From Planctomycetota bacterium (GTDB taxonomy: Bacteria; Planctomycetota; UBA8108; SXIK01), in contig OZ244999.1 in assembly GCA_965223265.1 (NCBI GenBank), forward strand, positions 4,832,001-4,896,000: a stretch of 64,000 bases of DNA. Direction: 5' to 3'. Of the stretch, positions 30,911 to 42,287 are shown one piece after another. Each line of letters begins with the position of its first letter. The first letter of the stretch is position 1. The notes under the pieces were generated by a model that saw nothing but the letters and a program-made list of their open reading frames with translations, was not told where the DNA came from and did not search any database. Both the position numbers and the translations under genes were made by a program.

Positions 30911-31468
30911 TCACTGTGTCGTCTCGCGGGCGTTTAGGTATTCCTTCGCCCGCGCTTCATACGCCGGCAGCTTGAGTCCGACGGTCTTCGCCTCGGCCAG
31001 TGCATCCTCGTACGCCAATCCATCGTCGGCAACGCGGTGCACTAGCCAGACCGCGCCGACACGGTTGGCTGATGCGCAGTGCAGAAGGACAGGCTTTTTG
31101 TCCGGATCGTTGAGGAGCGCTCGCGCCCGATCGAACACCTCCGGCGTCAGTTCAGAGGGGGACTTGAACGGCAGGCTGTGGTACTCGAGGCCGAGATCGC
31201 GCACGACCTTCTCTTCGTCCCAGTCGAGTTCTTCTGGCTTGCGAAGATTGATCACCGTTTTGATGCCGCCCTCCTTGGCCTGCGCAAAGTCCGCCGCCTG
31301 TGGCTGACTCGCGAGGAATATTCCGCCCTGCGTGTGAAGTTTCTGCACCTGACCGCACTCATACGGCTCCAATTCATCGGAGACAAAGGCGCGGTGCCCC
31401 GAACCGGAGCACGAACCGAGCAGAGCCGCCGCAGCGAAAACACTCACAACCGTCAAGAAACTTCGCAT
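30911..31468 (-). CDS. Lipoprotein of the tyrosine-phosphatase-like / DUF442 family
   Basis: LLGSC lipobox; ASQP, KTVINLR, HCASANR CX5R loop; GGAGG RBS. Confidence 0.82.
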   Translation of the reverse strand: MRSFLTVVSVFAAAALLGSCSGSGHRAFVSDELEPYECGQVQKLHTQGGIFLASQPQAADFAQAKEGGIKTVINLRKPEELDWDEEKVVRDLGLEYHSLPFKSPSELTPEVFDRARALLNDPDKKPVLLHCASANRVGAVWLVHRVADDGLAYEDALAEAKTVGLKLPAYEARAKEYLNARETTQ

Positions 31469-31485
31469 CGTCGATCCTCCGATAG

Positions 31486-31664
31486 CAGCCCGCCTGAAAA
31501 AGTCATTCGGCTGAGAAACCGGCCTCTTCACGCCCAGATCAGCCGCGGCGAGCCTCGCCGTGTAGATCTTATAGAAGAGGGCTCGGAGATTACCTGCGTT
31601 CGCCGCGGCCGATCTGGACGCGAAGCGGCCAGTTTTCAGCTCGAAGCACTTTTTCAACGGGCTG
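31486..31664. repeat. ~180-bp long imperfect palindrome (MITE-like element or structured RNA)
   Basis: Ends CAGCCCGCCTGAAAAAGT / ACTTTTTCAACGGGCTG; inner arms ~31510-31553 and ~31596-31640 are complementary. Confidence 0.75.
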
Positions 31665-31836
31665 GGTCTCTCATCATCCAGAAGGGTTGCACCTTCTGGT
31701 CTTGGTCGCGAACCGTTGTCCACCGACGCACGGTGCGCACGCGCCCGCCGACCACGTCCATCGCGGCCACCACCGTAAAAGCAAATCACGTACCACTTCC
31801 GACGCAGACGATCCTCGAATTCCAAGGCGCAAGGAA

Positions 31837-33468
31837 TCAAATCGGGCAGACGAGATTGCCGAGCTTCTCGGTGAGCTTCATGTTCTCCGAGTAGTCCACC
31901 GGGCAATCGATGATGACCACGGTGTCATCGGCGATCGCCTGCCGCAAGGTCGGGACCAAGTCGGCAGCACGTTCCACCCGGTAGCCCTTGGCGCCAAAGC
32001 TCTCGGCGTACTTGACGAAGTCAGGGTTCGTGAAGTCGATGTGGCTCGGGCGATTGAAGTGACGCATCTGGTGCCAGCGGATGAGACCATACTCACTGTC
32101 AGTCCAAATGAGAACGACGATCGGCGTGCCGATGCGCAGCGCCGTCTCGATCTCTTGCGAGTTCATCATGAAGCCGGCGTCACCCGTGACGGTGAGTGCG
32201 GTGCGGTCCGGGTACGTCAGCTTGGCGGCAATGGCACCGGGCACGCCGATTCCCATGGAGGCGAAACCGTTGGAGATGATGCAGGTATTCGGTGCTTCGG
32301 CTTGGTACATGCGCGCCATCCACATCTTGTGGGCACCGACATCGCTGATGACGATGTCTTCGGCGTTCAGCACCTCGCGTAGATCCCAGATGATCTTCTG
32401 CGGCTTGAGCGGGAAGGCCGTACTCTCCTTGTGCTCCGTTAACTGCTCAGCGATCGCACGACGTATTCCCTCAGCGAGAAACTTCTCGCGCGGCGTTGCG
32501 ACAGCCGCGATCTGGTTGAGCGCCTCCGTGATGCAGCCGACGACTCCGACCTCCAAAATGTAGTGTTCATCGACCTCTGCCGGCTGCGAGTCGACATGGA
32601 TGATCTTGCGGTTTTTCTCTTTGTGCCACAGGTACGGGTGGTACTCGACCATGTCGTAGCCGACGCAAATAATAACGTCGGCTCGGTCGAACCCACAGGC
32701 AACGTAGTCGTGCGCCTGCAGACCCACGGTACCGAGGCTGTGCGAGTGCGTCGACGGCAGCGCCCCCTTGGCCATGAACGTCGTCGCTACCGGAATGTTG
32801 AGTCGCTCAGCGAACGCCGCCAGTGCGGCTGTCGCGCCGTGACGTACAACTCCGTTTCCCGCCATGACGATCGGATAGCGAGCCGTAGAGATCACGTCGG
32901 CGGCTTGCTGCACCTTGTCGGCAGGTGGCGCTGGCGTGCGAGCGGTCTGCACCTTCAGCGGTGTCTTGTCGACGTCCATTTTAGCGACGTTTTCCGGCAG
33001 CTCGATGAAGCTCGCGCCGGGCTTTTCGAGCTCGGCTTGCTTGAAGGCTTTGCGGATCACTTCTGGGATGATGTCCGCTTCAATGGCCGATGCGCTGTAC
33101 TTGGTAATCGTCTGAAAGAGCTGCGTCAGATCGTAGTACTGATGGCTCTCCTTATGCATGCGCGTCGTCGCAGCCTGGCCGGCGATAGCGACGACGGGAG
33201 CGCGATCCATGTTCGCATCCGAAACTCCGGTGACAAGGTTCGTCGCACCCGGCCCGAGCGTCGCGAGACAGACGCCAGCGCGACCTGTGAGCCGACCGTA
33301 CACGTCCGCCATGAACGCCGCCCCCTGTTCATGGCGGGTGGTGATAAAACGGATGTCGCTGTCGAGGAGAGCATCCATCATGTCGATATTCTCTTCCCCC
33401 GGGATACCGAAGATCGCCTTGACGCCTTCGTTCTCGAGGCAACGCACGAAAAGTTCAGCTGCTTTCAT
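31837..33468 (-). CDS. Acetolactate synthase large subunit-like ThDP enzyme
   Basis: FGIPGEEN, TRHEQGAAFMAD, TLGPGATN, SDVGAH, GDAGFMMN; no small subunit adjacent. Confidence 0.92.
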   Translation of the reverse strand: MKAAELFVRCLENEGVKAIFGIPGEENIDMMDALLDSDIRFITTRHEQGAAFMADVYGRLTGRAGVCLATLGPGATNLVTGVSDANMDRAPVVAIAGQAATTRMHKESHQYYDLTQLFQTITKYSASAIEADIIPEVIRKAFKQAELEKPGASFIELPENVAKMDVDKTPLKVQTARTPAPPADKVQQAADVISTARYPIVMAGNGVVRHGATAALAAFAERLNIPVATTFMAKGALPSTHSHSLGTVGLQAHDYVACGFDRADVIICVGYDMVEYHPYLWHKEKNRKIIHVDSQPAEVDEHYILEVGVVGCITEALNQIAAVATPREKFLAEGIRRAIAEQLTEHKESTAFPLKPQKIIWDLREVLNAEDIVISDVGAHKMWMARMYQAEAPNTCIISNGFASMGIGVPGAIAAKLTYPDRTALTVTGDAGFMMNSQEIETALRIGTPIVVLIWTDSEYGLIRWHQMRHFNRPSHIDFTNPDFVKYAESFGAKGYRVERAADLVPTLRQAIADDTVVIIDCPVDYSENMKLTEKLGNLVCPI

Positions 33469-33509
33469 AGAATCCTCCAGCGCCAAATCTTTGGCGCGAT
33501 CACGCTTCG

Positions 33510-34874
<1,365 letters not shown>

Positions 34875-34958
34875 CTATCACTGGTCGTCGTTTGCGTACA
34901 TAAGCTCAGCTCCGCATGACTCCGCAGGCTGCGACTGCGACGAAACACCGCTAGCACT

Positions 34959-36476
34959 TCACCTCGTCCAGCGCAGCCACTTGCCCATGAGAGATTTCAC
35001 CGTCGGGGTGAGCCGCGTGCGGTTGTATTGATCCCCGACCTTGCGGATCGCCTCCGCCTGCGTCGGGTAAGGGTGAATCGTTGACGCGATCTTTTTCAGC
35101 CCGAGCCCGTGGGTCATCGCCAGTGTGATCTCCGAGATCATGTCGCCGGCGTTGTGGGCCACGATCGTCGCACCGACGATTTGGTCGGTTCCCTTCTTGA
35201 CGTGCACGCGCACCATGCCTTCATCCGCACCTTCGAGAATGGCGCGATCGACGTCGGCGAACTCCTGCGTGAACGTGTCGACTTCGATGCCCTCTTTTTC
35301 AGCTTCACTCTCGTAGAGCCCGACGTGGGCGATCTCAGGCGTTGTGTAGGTACACCATGGAATGGTGAGCGCACTCGCCTTGGCACGTCCCATGAAGAGT
35401 GCGTTTTGGATCACGATCCGCGCCATAAAGTCCGCACTGTGAGTGAACTGATAGCGCGAGCACACGTCGCCGGCCGCGAAGATGCGTGAATTCGAGGTTC
35501 GCAGTTGGTCGTCCACCTGCACTCCCTGCTTCGTGTACTCCACGCCCACCGCCTCGAGGTTAAGGCTCTCGACGTTGGGGGCACGCCCGACGGCGACAAG
35601 AAGCTGATCCACCGGCTGGTCGTAGGCCTCGCCGTGCGACTCCAGCGTCATGCGGATCGCACCGTCGCCCTTCTTGAGCTCAGTGTTGCGCCCACAGCAA
35701 AGGAGCTTGACGCCATCGCTCAGCATCTGCTTCTCGACGATTTCAGCGGCGGTCGGATCCTCGCGCGGCAGGATGCCATGTGTCGCCTCAACGAGATAGA
35801 CCTCAGAGCCGAGGTTGGCGAACGTTTGCGCCATCTCACAGCCGATCGGGCCGGCGCCGATGATCCCAAAACGGCGCGGCCGCTCCGTGAGCGAGAAGAC
35901 CGTCTCGTTCGTCAGGTACTCGACGTCATCGAGTCCAGCGATCGGCGGCGCAGCCGCGCGCGCACCGGTCGCGATCACCGCACGCTTGAACTTGAGTTCC
36001 GTCCCGTCCACATCGATCGTCTCCGCATCGACGAATCGACCGGAGCCAATGTAAACGTCAACACCGAGGTCACGAAAACGGGCCGCCGAATCGTTCGGGC
36101 TGATGCGCGCGCGTAGTTTTCTCATCCGCGCCATGACAGCCGCAAAGTCCACTTCGGTGCCACTTGGCACGTTGATCCCGAACTCTCCGGCGTAGCGAAC
36201 GGCGGCGGCAGAACGCGCAGCGCTGATCACACCCTTCGACGGCACGCAGCCGACGTTGAGACAGTCACCACCGAGGAGCTCGCGCTCAATCAGCGCCACC
36301 CTGGCGCCGAGGCCGGCCGCGCCCGCCGCCGACACCAACCCGGCGGTGCCGCCGCCAATCACGACAAGGTTGTAACGCCCGCTGGGTTTTGGGTTCTGCC
36401 AATCTGGGGGGTGGACGTGACGCTCCAGCTCCAGGTTGTGCTCATCCCTTGGTTCGAGTTGGACAAATTCCGTCAT
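34959..36476 (-). CDS. Pyridine nucleotide-disulfide oxidoreductase (mercuric reductase/Lpd-like)
   Basis: GGGTAG, GGDCLNVGCVPSK, GAGPIG, IHPYPTQAE; lacks the MerA C-terminal Cys pair. Confidence 0.9.
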   Translation of the reverse strand: MTEFVQLEPRDEHNLELERHVHPPDWQNPKPSGRYNLVVIGGGTAGLVSAAGAAGLGARVALIERELLGGDCLNVGCVPSKGVISAARSAAAVRYAGEFGINVPSGTEVDFAAVMARMRKLRARISPNDSAARFRDLGVDVYIGSGRFVDAETIDVDGTELKFKRAVIATGARAAAPPIAGLDDVEYLTNETVFSLTERPRRFGIIGAGPIGCEMAQTFANLGSEVYLVEATHGILPREDPTAAEIVEKQMLSDGVKLLCCGRNTELKKGDGAIRMTLESHGEAYDQPVDQLLVAVGRAPNVESLNLEAVGVEYTKQGVQVDDQLRTSNSRIFAAGDVCSRYQFTHSADFMARIVIQNALFMGRAKASALTIPWCTYTTPEIAHVGLYESEAEKEGIEVDTFTQEFADVDRAILEGADEGMVRVHVKKGTDQIVGATIVAHNAGDMISEITLAMTHGLGLKKIASTIHPYPTQAEAIRKVGDQYNRTRLTPTVKSLMGKWLRWTR

Positions 36477-36570
36477 GTATAGTCCTCCAGAGTTACGCCG
36501 CACGAGAGCCTCACTCAAGGTGAGTCGCCGCCCTCACGCGCCGCGTTGATCGTCAAACGCAAGAGATGCG

Positions 36571-37380
36571 TCAGCTACGCTCCGGTTGATCCGCTGCGGA
36601 GTCGCTAGCAGCTTCTGGCACGCTTGGTGCTGAAGTCGACGCGCCCTCACCTACGGTCGCCGGACGAAAACGCGCAAAGAGTTTCTTCACGACGAAGGGA
36701 AAAATCCCCAGGATCACGAATGCGATGATCACGTTCGGCGTCAGGATCCCAGACAAGCCCTTTTCCTGAAGCGTGGCAAGGTCGGGAAAATTCGCGCCAG
36801 CAAAAACGAACACGCAAGTCCCCGCGAGCATGCCGACTTGACTCACCCACCAAAACGTCCGCGTCGGGATCGGCGTCAAACCCATGACGACGTTGATCAC
36901 AAAGAATGGCACGGCGGGAATCAAGCGCAGAGTGAAGAGATAGAACGAGCCCTCGCGCTCAAGCGCGCGATTGAACGTCGCCAAGCGGTCGCCGAAACGC
37001 TGCTGGATCCAGTCGCGAAACAGATAGCGGCTGAGGAGAAAAGCGATGGTCGCGCCGGCCGTCGACGCAAAGCTGACCAAAATCACCCCGGGCACAAAGC
37101 CCAAAAACCAGCCGTAGAGTAGCGTCAGCGGTGCAGCACCTGGTAAGGACAACCCCGTCACGACCACGTAGAGCAGAAAAGCTCCGCCGTAGACAAGCAC
37201 CGGATGGGTCTCCTTGTAGCCGCTCACTGAGTCGAACGAAGCGGCCAAAGCGTCAAGCGTAAGCTTGTCGCGAAACAGTAGATAACCGCCGATGATCACA
37301 ACCGCAACGACTGCGAGAACAATCAACTTCAGTCGCGACTTCGGTTGCGCGCTCGTCGGCGACGAGTGTTCGCTTTCCAT
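36571..37380 (-). CDS. TVP38/TMEM64 (DedA/VTT) membrane protein
   Basis: LSLPGA, ASTAGATIAFLLSRYL, LRLIPAVPFFVIN, SQVGML. Confidence 0.9.
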   Translation of the reverse strand: MESEHSSPTSAQPKSRLKLIVLAVVAVVIIGGYLLFRDKLTLDALAASFDSVSGYKETHPVLVYGGAFLLYVVVTGLSLPGAAPLTLLYGWFLGFVPGVILVSFASTAGATIAFLLSRYLFRDWIQQRFGDRLATFNRALEREGSFYLFTLRLIPAVPFFVINVVMGLTPIPTRTFWWVSQVGMLAGTCVFVFAGANFPDLATLQEKGLSGILTPNVIIAFVILGIFPFVVKKLFARFRPATVGEGASTSAPSVPEAASDSAADQPERS

Positions 37381-37438
37381 GATGACACACCTCGATCCAG
37401 GGTTGGTCTTAGACTCAGAGACTGCCCTCGCAGCACGC

Positions 37439-38248
37439 CTACGGCTTGAGTTTGCTCTTAAACTGCAGCCGGAATTTCTCCAGCTTCGGTCGAATCACCG
37501 CTCGGCAGTAGGGCTGGTTGCCGTTGCGTGCGAAGAAGTCCTGATGCGACTCCTCAGCGCGGTAAAACTCGCTGAAGGCAGCGATCTGCGTCACGATCGG
37601 GTCGCCGAACTCGCCCGACGCGTCGAGCTTCGCTTTCACTTCCTCGGCGAGACGCTTTTGCTCCTCGTCATGATAGAGAATCACCGAGCGGTACTGCGTA
37701 CCAACGTCGGCACCCTGGCGGTTGAGAGTCGTTGGGTCGTGGCTATGCCAGAAAACGTCGAGCAGCTCACGATAGGAAATGACGCCAGGGTCATACGTCA
37801 CCTGGATCACTTCCGCGTGCCCTGTTTCACCACTCACAACGCTCTTGTACGTGGGATTGGGGACGGTGCCGCCGCTGTATCCACTCACCGCAGAGTGAAC
37901 GCCGCGAAGCTCGCTGAAAACCGCTTCGGTACACCAAAAGCACCCGGAGCCGAACGTCGCGGTGGCAAGTTCGGTGGCAGCAGTATCCGTCGATGCGGCT
38001 GCCGTCTCAGCCACCGCCGGGTCGCGGGGCGATGCCGTACGCGCCGTATTCTTGACGCTCGTCGACGCGGTACTGAAAGTCGACGACGCGGAGCCTTCGA
38101 CAGTCCCTGTCTTGGTCTGTTGGTCCTGCGTCCTGCGACATGCCGCGCCAGAGAGAATGAACGTCGCCGCGACAACCACAGCGACGTCAAGAGTCACAAA
38201 TCGGTTACAGAGTGCCCCCCGCCTTGTTTTTAGTCGATCCATCTGCAT
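37439..38248 (-). CDS. msrA: Peptide methionine sulfoxide reductase A with lipoprotein-like N-terminal extension
   Basis: GCFWCTE, GYSGG, TGHAE, HDPTTLNRQGADVGTQYRS, AEESHQ; ILSGAAC lipobox-like. Confidence 0.92.
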   Translation of the reverse strand: MQMDRLKTRRGALCNRFVTLDVAVVVAATFILSGAACRRTQDQQTKTGTVEGSASSTFSTASTSVKNTARTASPRDPAVAETAAASTDTAATELATATFGSGCFWCTEAVFSELRGVHSAVSGYSGGTVPNPTYKSVVSGETGHAEVIQVTYDPGVISYRELLDVFWHSHDPTTLNRQGADVGTQYRSVILYHDEEQKRLAEEVKAKLDASGEFGDPIVTQIAAFSEFYRAEESHQDFFARNGNQPYCRAVIRPKLEKFRLQFKSKLKP

Positions 38249-38563
38249 GTCCTGTTGTCTCCGACTTTTTCAAGCACCCCCGTGCTGCATCCCTAACGGC
38301 TCGCCGCCAGCGCCAGTTCCATGAAATTGATGCAACCGGAGCTGGCCCGCTGCTGCTCAGGGAATGTCAACTCGAGCGAACCACCGATCCTTCACGGACA
38401 GTGCCAGGTTATGGGCGCCAGCGCAAGAGCGCCGGCACGAGTTCTGCAGCTGAGGTGGTCGTCCCACGCGCCGCCGGCTCGCGCCAGCCCGTCTCGTCGA
38501 TTCGTATCCACGGGCGCGCTCGAGTCGGAAAGCTTCGCGCCCACGCCTCGACGGATACCCCGG

Positions 38564-39123
38564 CTACGCCAAAAGGTCGACGACGCGGATTGTGGTCAAT
38601 CGCAGCTGCGTAGGTGCAATCGCTGCCTCACCAACCACACGCGTCACGTCGACGTAACCGCGACCCGCGGGACCTGTGAAGATCTCGATACCATCGTGGA
38701 CCAGATCAACCAGCCAACCTCGGGAATCCTGATACGGCAGTAGGCCGGAATCTTGACCTCGCGGTCGTACTGCAGCGAGGTGTCGGCAACCTCGGCGACG
38801 AGAAGCACCTCCGCGGCGGTCGGCAGCTCTCGGGAGTAGTCATCTTCCTTTGGAGCCAAGGGCGTGCTGTCAGGCTGCGGCTGCGACTCGCTCGTCAGAT
38901 TGACGGGATTCTGAACGCTCAGCAGCGCGCGGTCCGCAAGCTGGCCCGAGAGCCAGCGAGTGACGCGGTTGACACAGGCGACGTGTCGCGGGCTGATCGG
39001 AGTCATCTGCACAACTTGCCCATCCCACAACTCGACTCGATCGACGTCCGAGAGAATCCCCGACTCGGCCATGCGCTGAAAGTCAGCGACCGAGAACCGA
39101 TGCTTCAACAGCGGGTCGGCCAT
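38564..39123 (-). pseudogene. Uma2-family endonuclease with frameshift near 38716
   Basis: RFSVADF, RVELWDG, SQPQPD, VAEVADTSLQYDREVK; the expected WLVDL...DLLA* tail lies in another frame ending at 38564. Confidence 0.75.
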
Positions 39124-39266
39124 AGAGAGCTCCACGGATCGACGCACAAGACGAGCCACTCGAAACGTGCGAGACGCACGCCCCGAGTTTAGATTCTAAC
39201 GCTGCCATCTCGCCCCAGCCGCAGGAACTGTCGCTCGCGAGCTCCTCTTTGCGTTGAGGCACTGTC

Positions 39267-39704
39267 TCACACCGCCGTGCTCGCAGACGGTTTCTCGTGT
39301 TCAAGCAGCCCGCCGATCCCAGTCAGCTCTTCAGACAGGAGTCGGAGAATGTCATCGAGTGTCACGACGCCGACAAGTGCTCCTTTGCGATCGACCACGG
39401 GCAAACGCCGAAACGCGCCGCTTCGCATGAGGGAGATGGCGTCCTCCAGCGGTGTTTCCTCCTGAATCGTCGTTAGGGGTTGGCTCATGACTTCTCGGAT
39501 TGGTGTCGCCCCGGGATCGCGACCCGTGGCGATGACGCGCAGCACCAGGTCTCTATCGGTAATGAGACCGACCGGCTCCTTCTTGGTGTTGAGTATGACC
39601 AAACTCCCGACGCGCCGCTGATGCATACGCTCAGCAGCGGCACGGACTTTCTCGTCCGCGTCAGCAAGATCGACTTCTCTTTGGCATATCCTTCCGATGG
39701 TCAC
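39267..39704 (-). CDS. CBS-domain pair protein
   Basis: VGSLVI, GLITDRD, RRLPVVD, GVVTLDD; AAGGAG RBS. Confidence 0.9.
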   Translation of the reverse strand: MTIGRICQREVDLADADEKVRAAAERMHQRRVGSLVILNTKKEPVGLITDRDLVLRVIATGRDPGATPIREVMSQPLTTIQEETPLEDAISLMRSGAFRRLPVVDRKGALVGVVTLDDILRLLSEELTGIGGLLEHEKPSASTAV

Positions 39705-39740
39705 CGCTCGCTCCTTTTTTTTCGTTGCGTTAGCGTTGAG

Positions 39741-40952
39741 TTAATACACCCCATAACGTCCTCGCATCAGCTCCAAACAAAAGTTCGCCATGTCGCTGAA
39801 CTGAGATTCGATGATGGCGACGATCGAACTATGGACGTCCGCAAGTGTCGCGCCCGGCTGCAATCGGACTTCCGCGGCAGCCACCACGGGGCAGGTCACG
39901 GGTCTCCCGATCTCACTCGAAAGCCACACCGTCGCCGCCTCTACCTCTTCGAGGCTCTCATACAGTCGTTCCGCGAGTACGTGAGCAAGAACGCTGTAGA
40001 TCTTGCCGACGTGACTGACCGGATTCTTGCCGGCCGCCGCTTCGGATTGTCCCGGACGATTGAGCGCGATCACCCCGTTGACTTGATTGCCACGTCCAAC
40101 CTGGCCGGAATCCGCATCCTCCGCTGAGGTGCCGAGAACGCTCAAGTAGAGCCCCCTGAGGCCAGCTCCCTTCGCGTCCAAGACGTTGAGCCGGACGGTC
40201 AGCTCATGAATCGACTCGGTACGCTCGCCGACGTACCTCAAAATGGCCTGTTCAACAGTAGTCTTCTTTTCGAAGTAGTCGTCGACGCTGCCGACGTAGC
40301 GATCAAGAAGCGGCATCGCGACCGTCAGTTGGAGATGGCGCTGCCGTCGAACTCCCATCACCTTGACGTCTTCACCGGTCTCCGGGAATCGCGTTTTGAA
40401 CTCGCTCGAGTTCACGTACAGCTCAGTATCCAGAACGAGCTGTTCGGTTTCGCTCAGCGGTGCGTAGCCGACGGCAGCCGAGGTGTCATTGGCGCCGAGG
40501 GTCGCGGACGAAGCTCGGCGAAAAATTCCGGTCAGCTGTTCCGATCCCGGCTTGAGTTCGTTCTGATAGCGAATGTGCTTCTCCGGGTCGAAATCTCGCA
40601 GGCAGTACGAAAGGTAGCGGTCCGCCGCTTCGACCACCACCCCGTCGATGTCAATCCTTTGATCGTCAACGACGAACGTCGCGCGATCGCCGATGATGAG
40701 CCGCATCGGCTCAGTCACTCGACCGCCGCCAAAGCGCCGCTCAACTTCGCCTGCGACTAAAAGCGCTTTGTCACAGTTGTAGTGGGCCGGACCTCCAAGA
40801 CGTCTTTGATACTCGGCAGCAAGCGCGCAGGAAATCGCCTCCATGACGCCGTCGCAGATCGTATCGGGATGCCCCTTCCCTTTGCGCTCAACGATTTCGA
40901 CTGCGCCGCTCTCAACACTTGCTCCATGCGCCTCTTGAAGAACTACGTCCAT
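39741..40952 (-). CDS. mat: Archaeal-type methionine adenosyltransferase
   Basis: EIVERKGKGHPDTICD, ANDTS, GEDVKVMG, GTSAEDADSGQVGRGN, EAAAGKNPVSHVGKIY. Confidence 0.9.
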   Translation of the reverse strand: MDVVLQEAHGASVESGAVEIVERKGKGHPDTICDGVMEAISCALAAEYQRRLGGPAHYNCDKALLVAGEVERRFGGGRVTEPMRLIIGDRATFVVDDQRIDIDGVVVEAADRYLSYCLRDFDPEKHIRYQNELKPGSEQLTGIFRRASSATLGANDTSAAVGYAPLSETEQLVLDTELYVNSSEFKTRFPETGEDVKVMGVRRQRHLQLTVAMPLLDRYVGSVDDYFEKKTTVEQAILRYVGERTESIHELTVRLNVLDAKGAGLRGLYLSVLGTSAEDADSGQVGRGNQVNGVIALNRPGQSEAAAGKNPVSHVGKIYSVLAHVLAERLYESLEEVEAATVWLSSEIGRPVTCPVVAAAEVRLQPGATLADVHSSIVAIIESQFSDMANFCLELMRGRYGVY

Positions 40953-40978
40953 CGAAAACTCACATCCCCCACTCGCCT

Positions 40979-42148
40979 TCACTCGATGATCGGACAACCA
41001 TTGAACGCAGCAAGGCACTCGTCGGGATCTTGAAATAGATCGTCACAATCATCACCCTCACATGTGCATCCCGAGACGTCGCGACACCGAGTTCCATCCC
41101 AGGCATAACCGAAGGACTGGTCGCAAGGTCCTACACCGGTCGCGTCCATACCTGCTGCACAGCAGAGCTGAACGATTGTAGCGAACGAAGTCACATCCCC
41201 TGACACTGTCGAAACGGCGATATAGTGGTACGGCTGGGTTTCGACATCCGGCGTACCGCAATCGACAGAAGGCTCAACTTCCGTATAGAAGAGGTCAAGT
41301 CCGCCGGTACGAGCCGCGAGACTGTCGATCTTGACGTAATAGCCACCGGAGGTGAATTGACGGAGAACGGCGATCACCATCTCGCTCTCAAAGTCAACCG
41401 TGGGTCTCTCGGGGCGCGGCGTAAAGATGGAGCCGTGCGTCTCCCAAAAGAGCTCCCACGAGTCTTGATCGCGAATCACTGTCGTCTGCTCTGACGCACC
41501 GGAGAAGGTGCCGCGATCGAGCGTGCGGAAGGCGAGAGGCGCGCACGGGCCGTCATGGTCTTTCGGAACTCGTGCGAAGATGCGAAAACAGTCGTTCGCA
41601 TAGGTGACGCCGTCACAACCGCAAACCGGCGAGAAGATCTCGGGACAAGCGTCGGTGACCGGCACGCAAGTGCCGAGCGGGTCCGTCTGACCACCGCAGA
41701 GGCCGGCGAAGATGTCGCAAAATTGCTCAGAGGCGCAGGAAAACCCCCCAATGCCACCACACTGACATGGGGCGTAGCCGTCACAGCCGAGGTCGTCGGG
41801 CGTGGGGTCTCGGTCGCAGGTCTCGGTTCCCGGATGGGGGATTGGAGGCGCCTCGAGAAAGAGGGCGTTGAGCGTGAAGATCGGGTCGCTGATATCCGCC
41901 ACGCCGTCGTCGTTGCTGTCGGCGGCATCGAGGCAAGTCGGCTGCTCCCCACCTTCAAACAGCCAAGAAAGCGTGCTGATGGCGTCGCTGACGTCCACAT
42001 CTCCATCTGCATTCGCGTCGGCACGCCGAAAACTCAGCGGGTCAAAGCTCATGGGACCCGCCATCAGCGCCGTGGCAAGCGCCAGAAAGCAACACGACGT
42101 GGTCCACAGCACCAGCCGCATAGTGTATCGAACGGCAGTCGATTTCAT
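40979..42148 (-). CDS. Secreted protein: dockerin-like + Kazal-type inhibitor + PrcB C-terminal-like domain + Cys-rich tail
   Basis: FRRADANADG..DVSD...DSNDDG..DISD; CPEIFSPVCGCDGVTYANDC..HDGPC; VDFESEMVIAV..SGGY..TQPYH. Confidence 0.8.
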   Translation of the reverse strand: MKSTAVRYTMRLVLWTTSCCFLALATALMAGPMSFDPLSFRRADANADGDVDVSDAISTLSWLFEGGEQPTCLDAADSNDDGVADISDPIFTLNALFLEAPPIPHPGTETCDRDPTPDDLGCDGYAPCQCGGIGGFSCASEQFCDIFAGLCGGQTDPLGTCVPVTDACPEIFSPVCGCDGVTYANDCFRIFARVPKDHDGPCAPLAFRTLDRGTFSGASEQTTVIRDQDSWELFWETHGSIFTPRPERPTVDFESEMVIAVLRQFTSGGYYVKIDSLAARTGGLDLFYTEVEPSVDCGTPDVETQPYHYIAVSTVSGDVTSFATIVQLCCAAGMDATGVGPCDQSFGYAWDGTRCRDVSGCTCEGDDCDDLFQDPDECLAAFNGCPIIE

Positions 42149-42287
42149 GGGACACCTCCAGAAGCTCTCGTTTGAACCTAATGAGGAGCAAATACGGGGC
42201 CATCGCGCTCGCGAGCATCTTGAGGGTCGCCGCCATGTCCCGACACAGCCGCGTAGCTCGCCGCTGCCCCGGCGCTGGCGAGCGTGT

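Noticed and set aside
30911-31906. Long N-terminal extensions in the ORF track (also 1053-2039, 14669, 33831, 41802, 49612)
   Set aside because: They overlap neighbouring genes or repeats; downstream starts with RBS or signal peptides fit better
34959-36476. merA mercury resistance
   Set aside because: No C-terminal Cys-Cys pair, no NmerA domain and no mer operon genes
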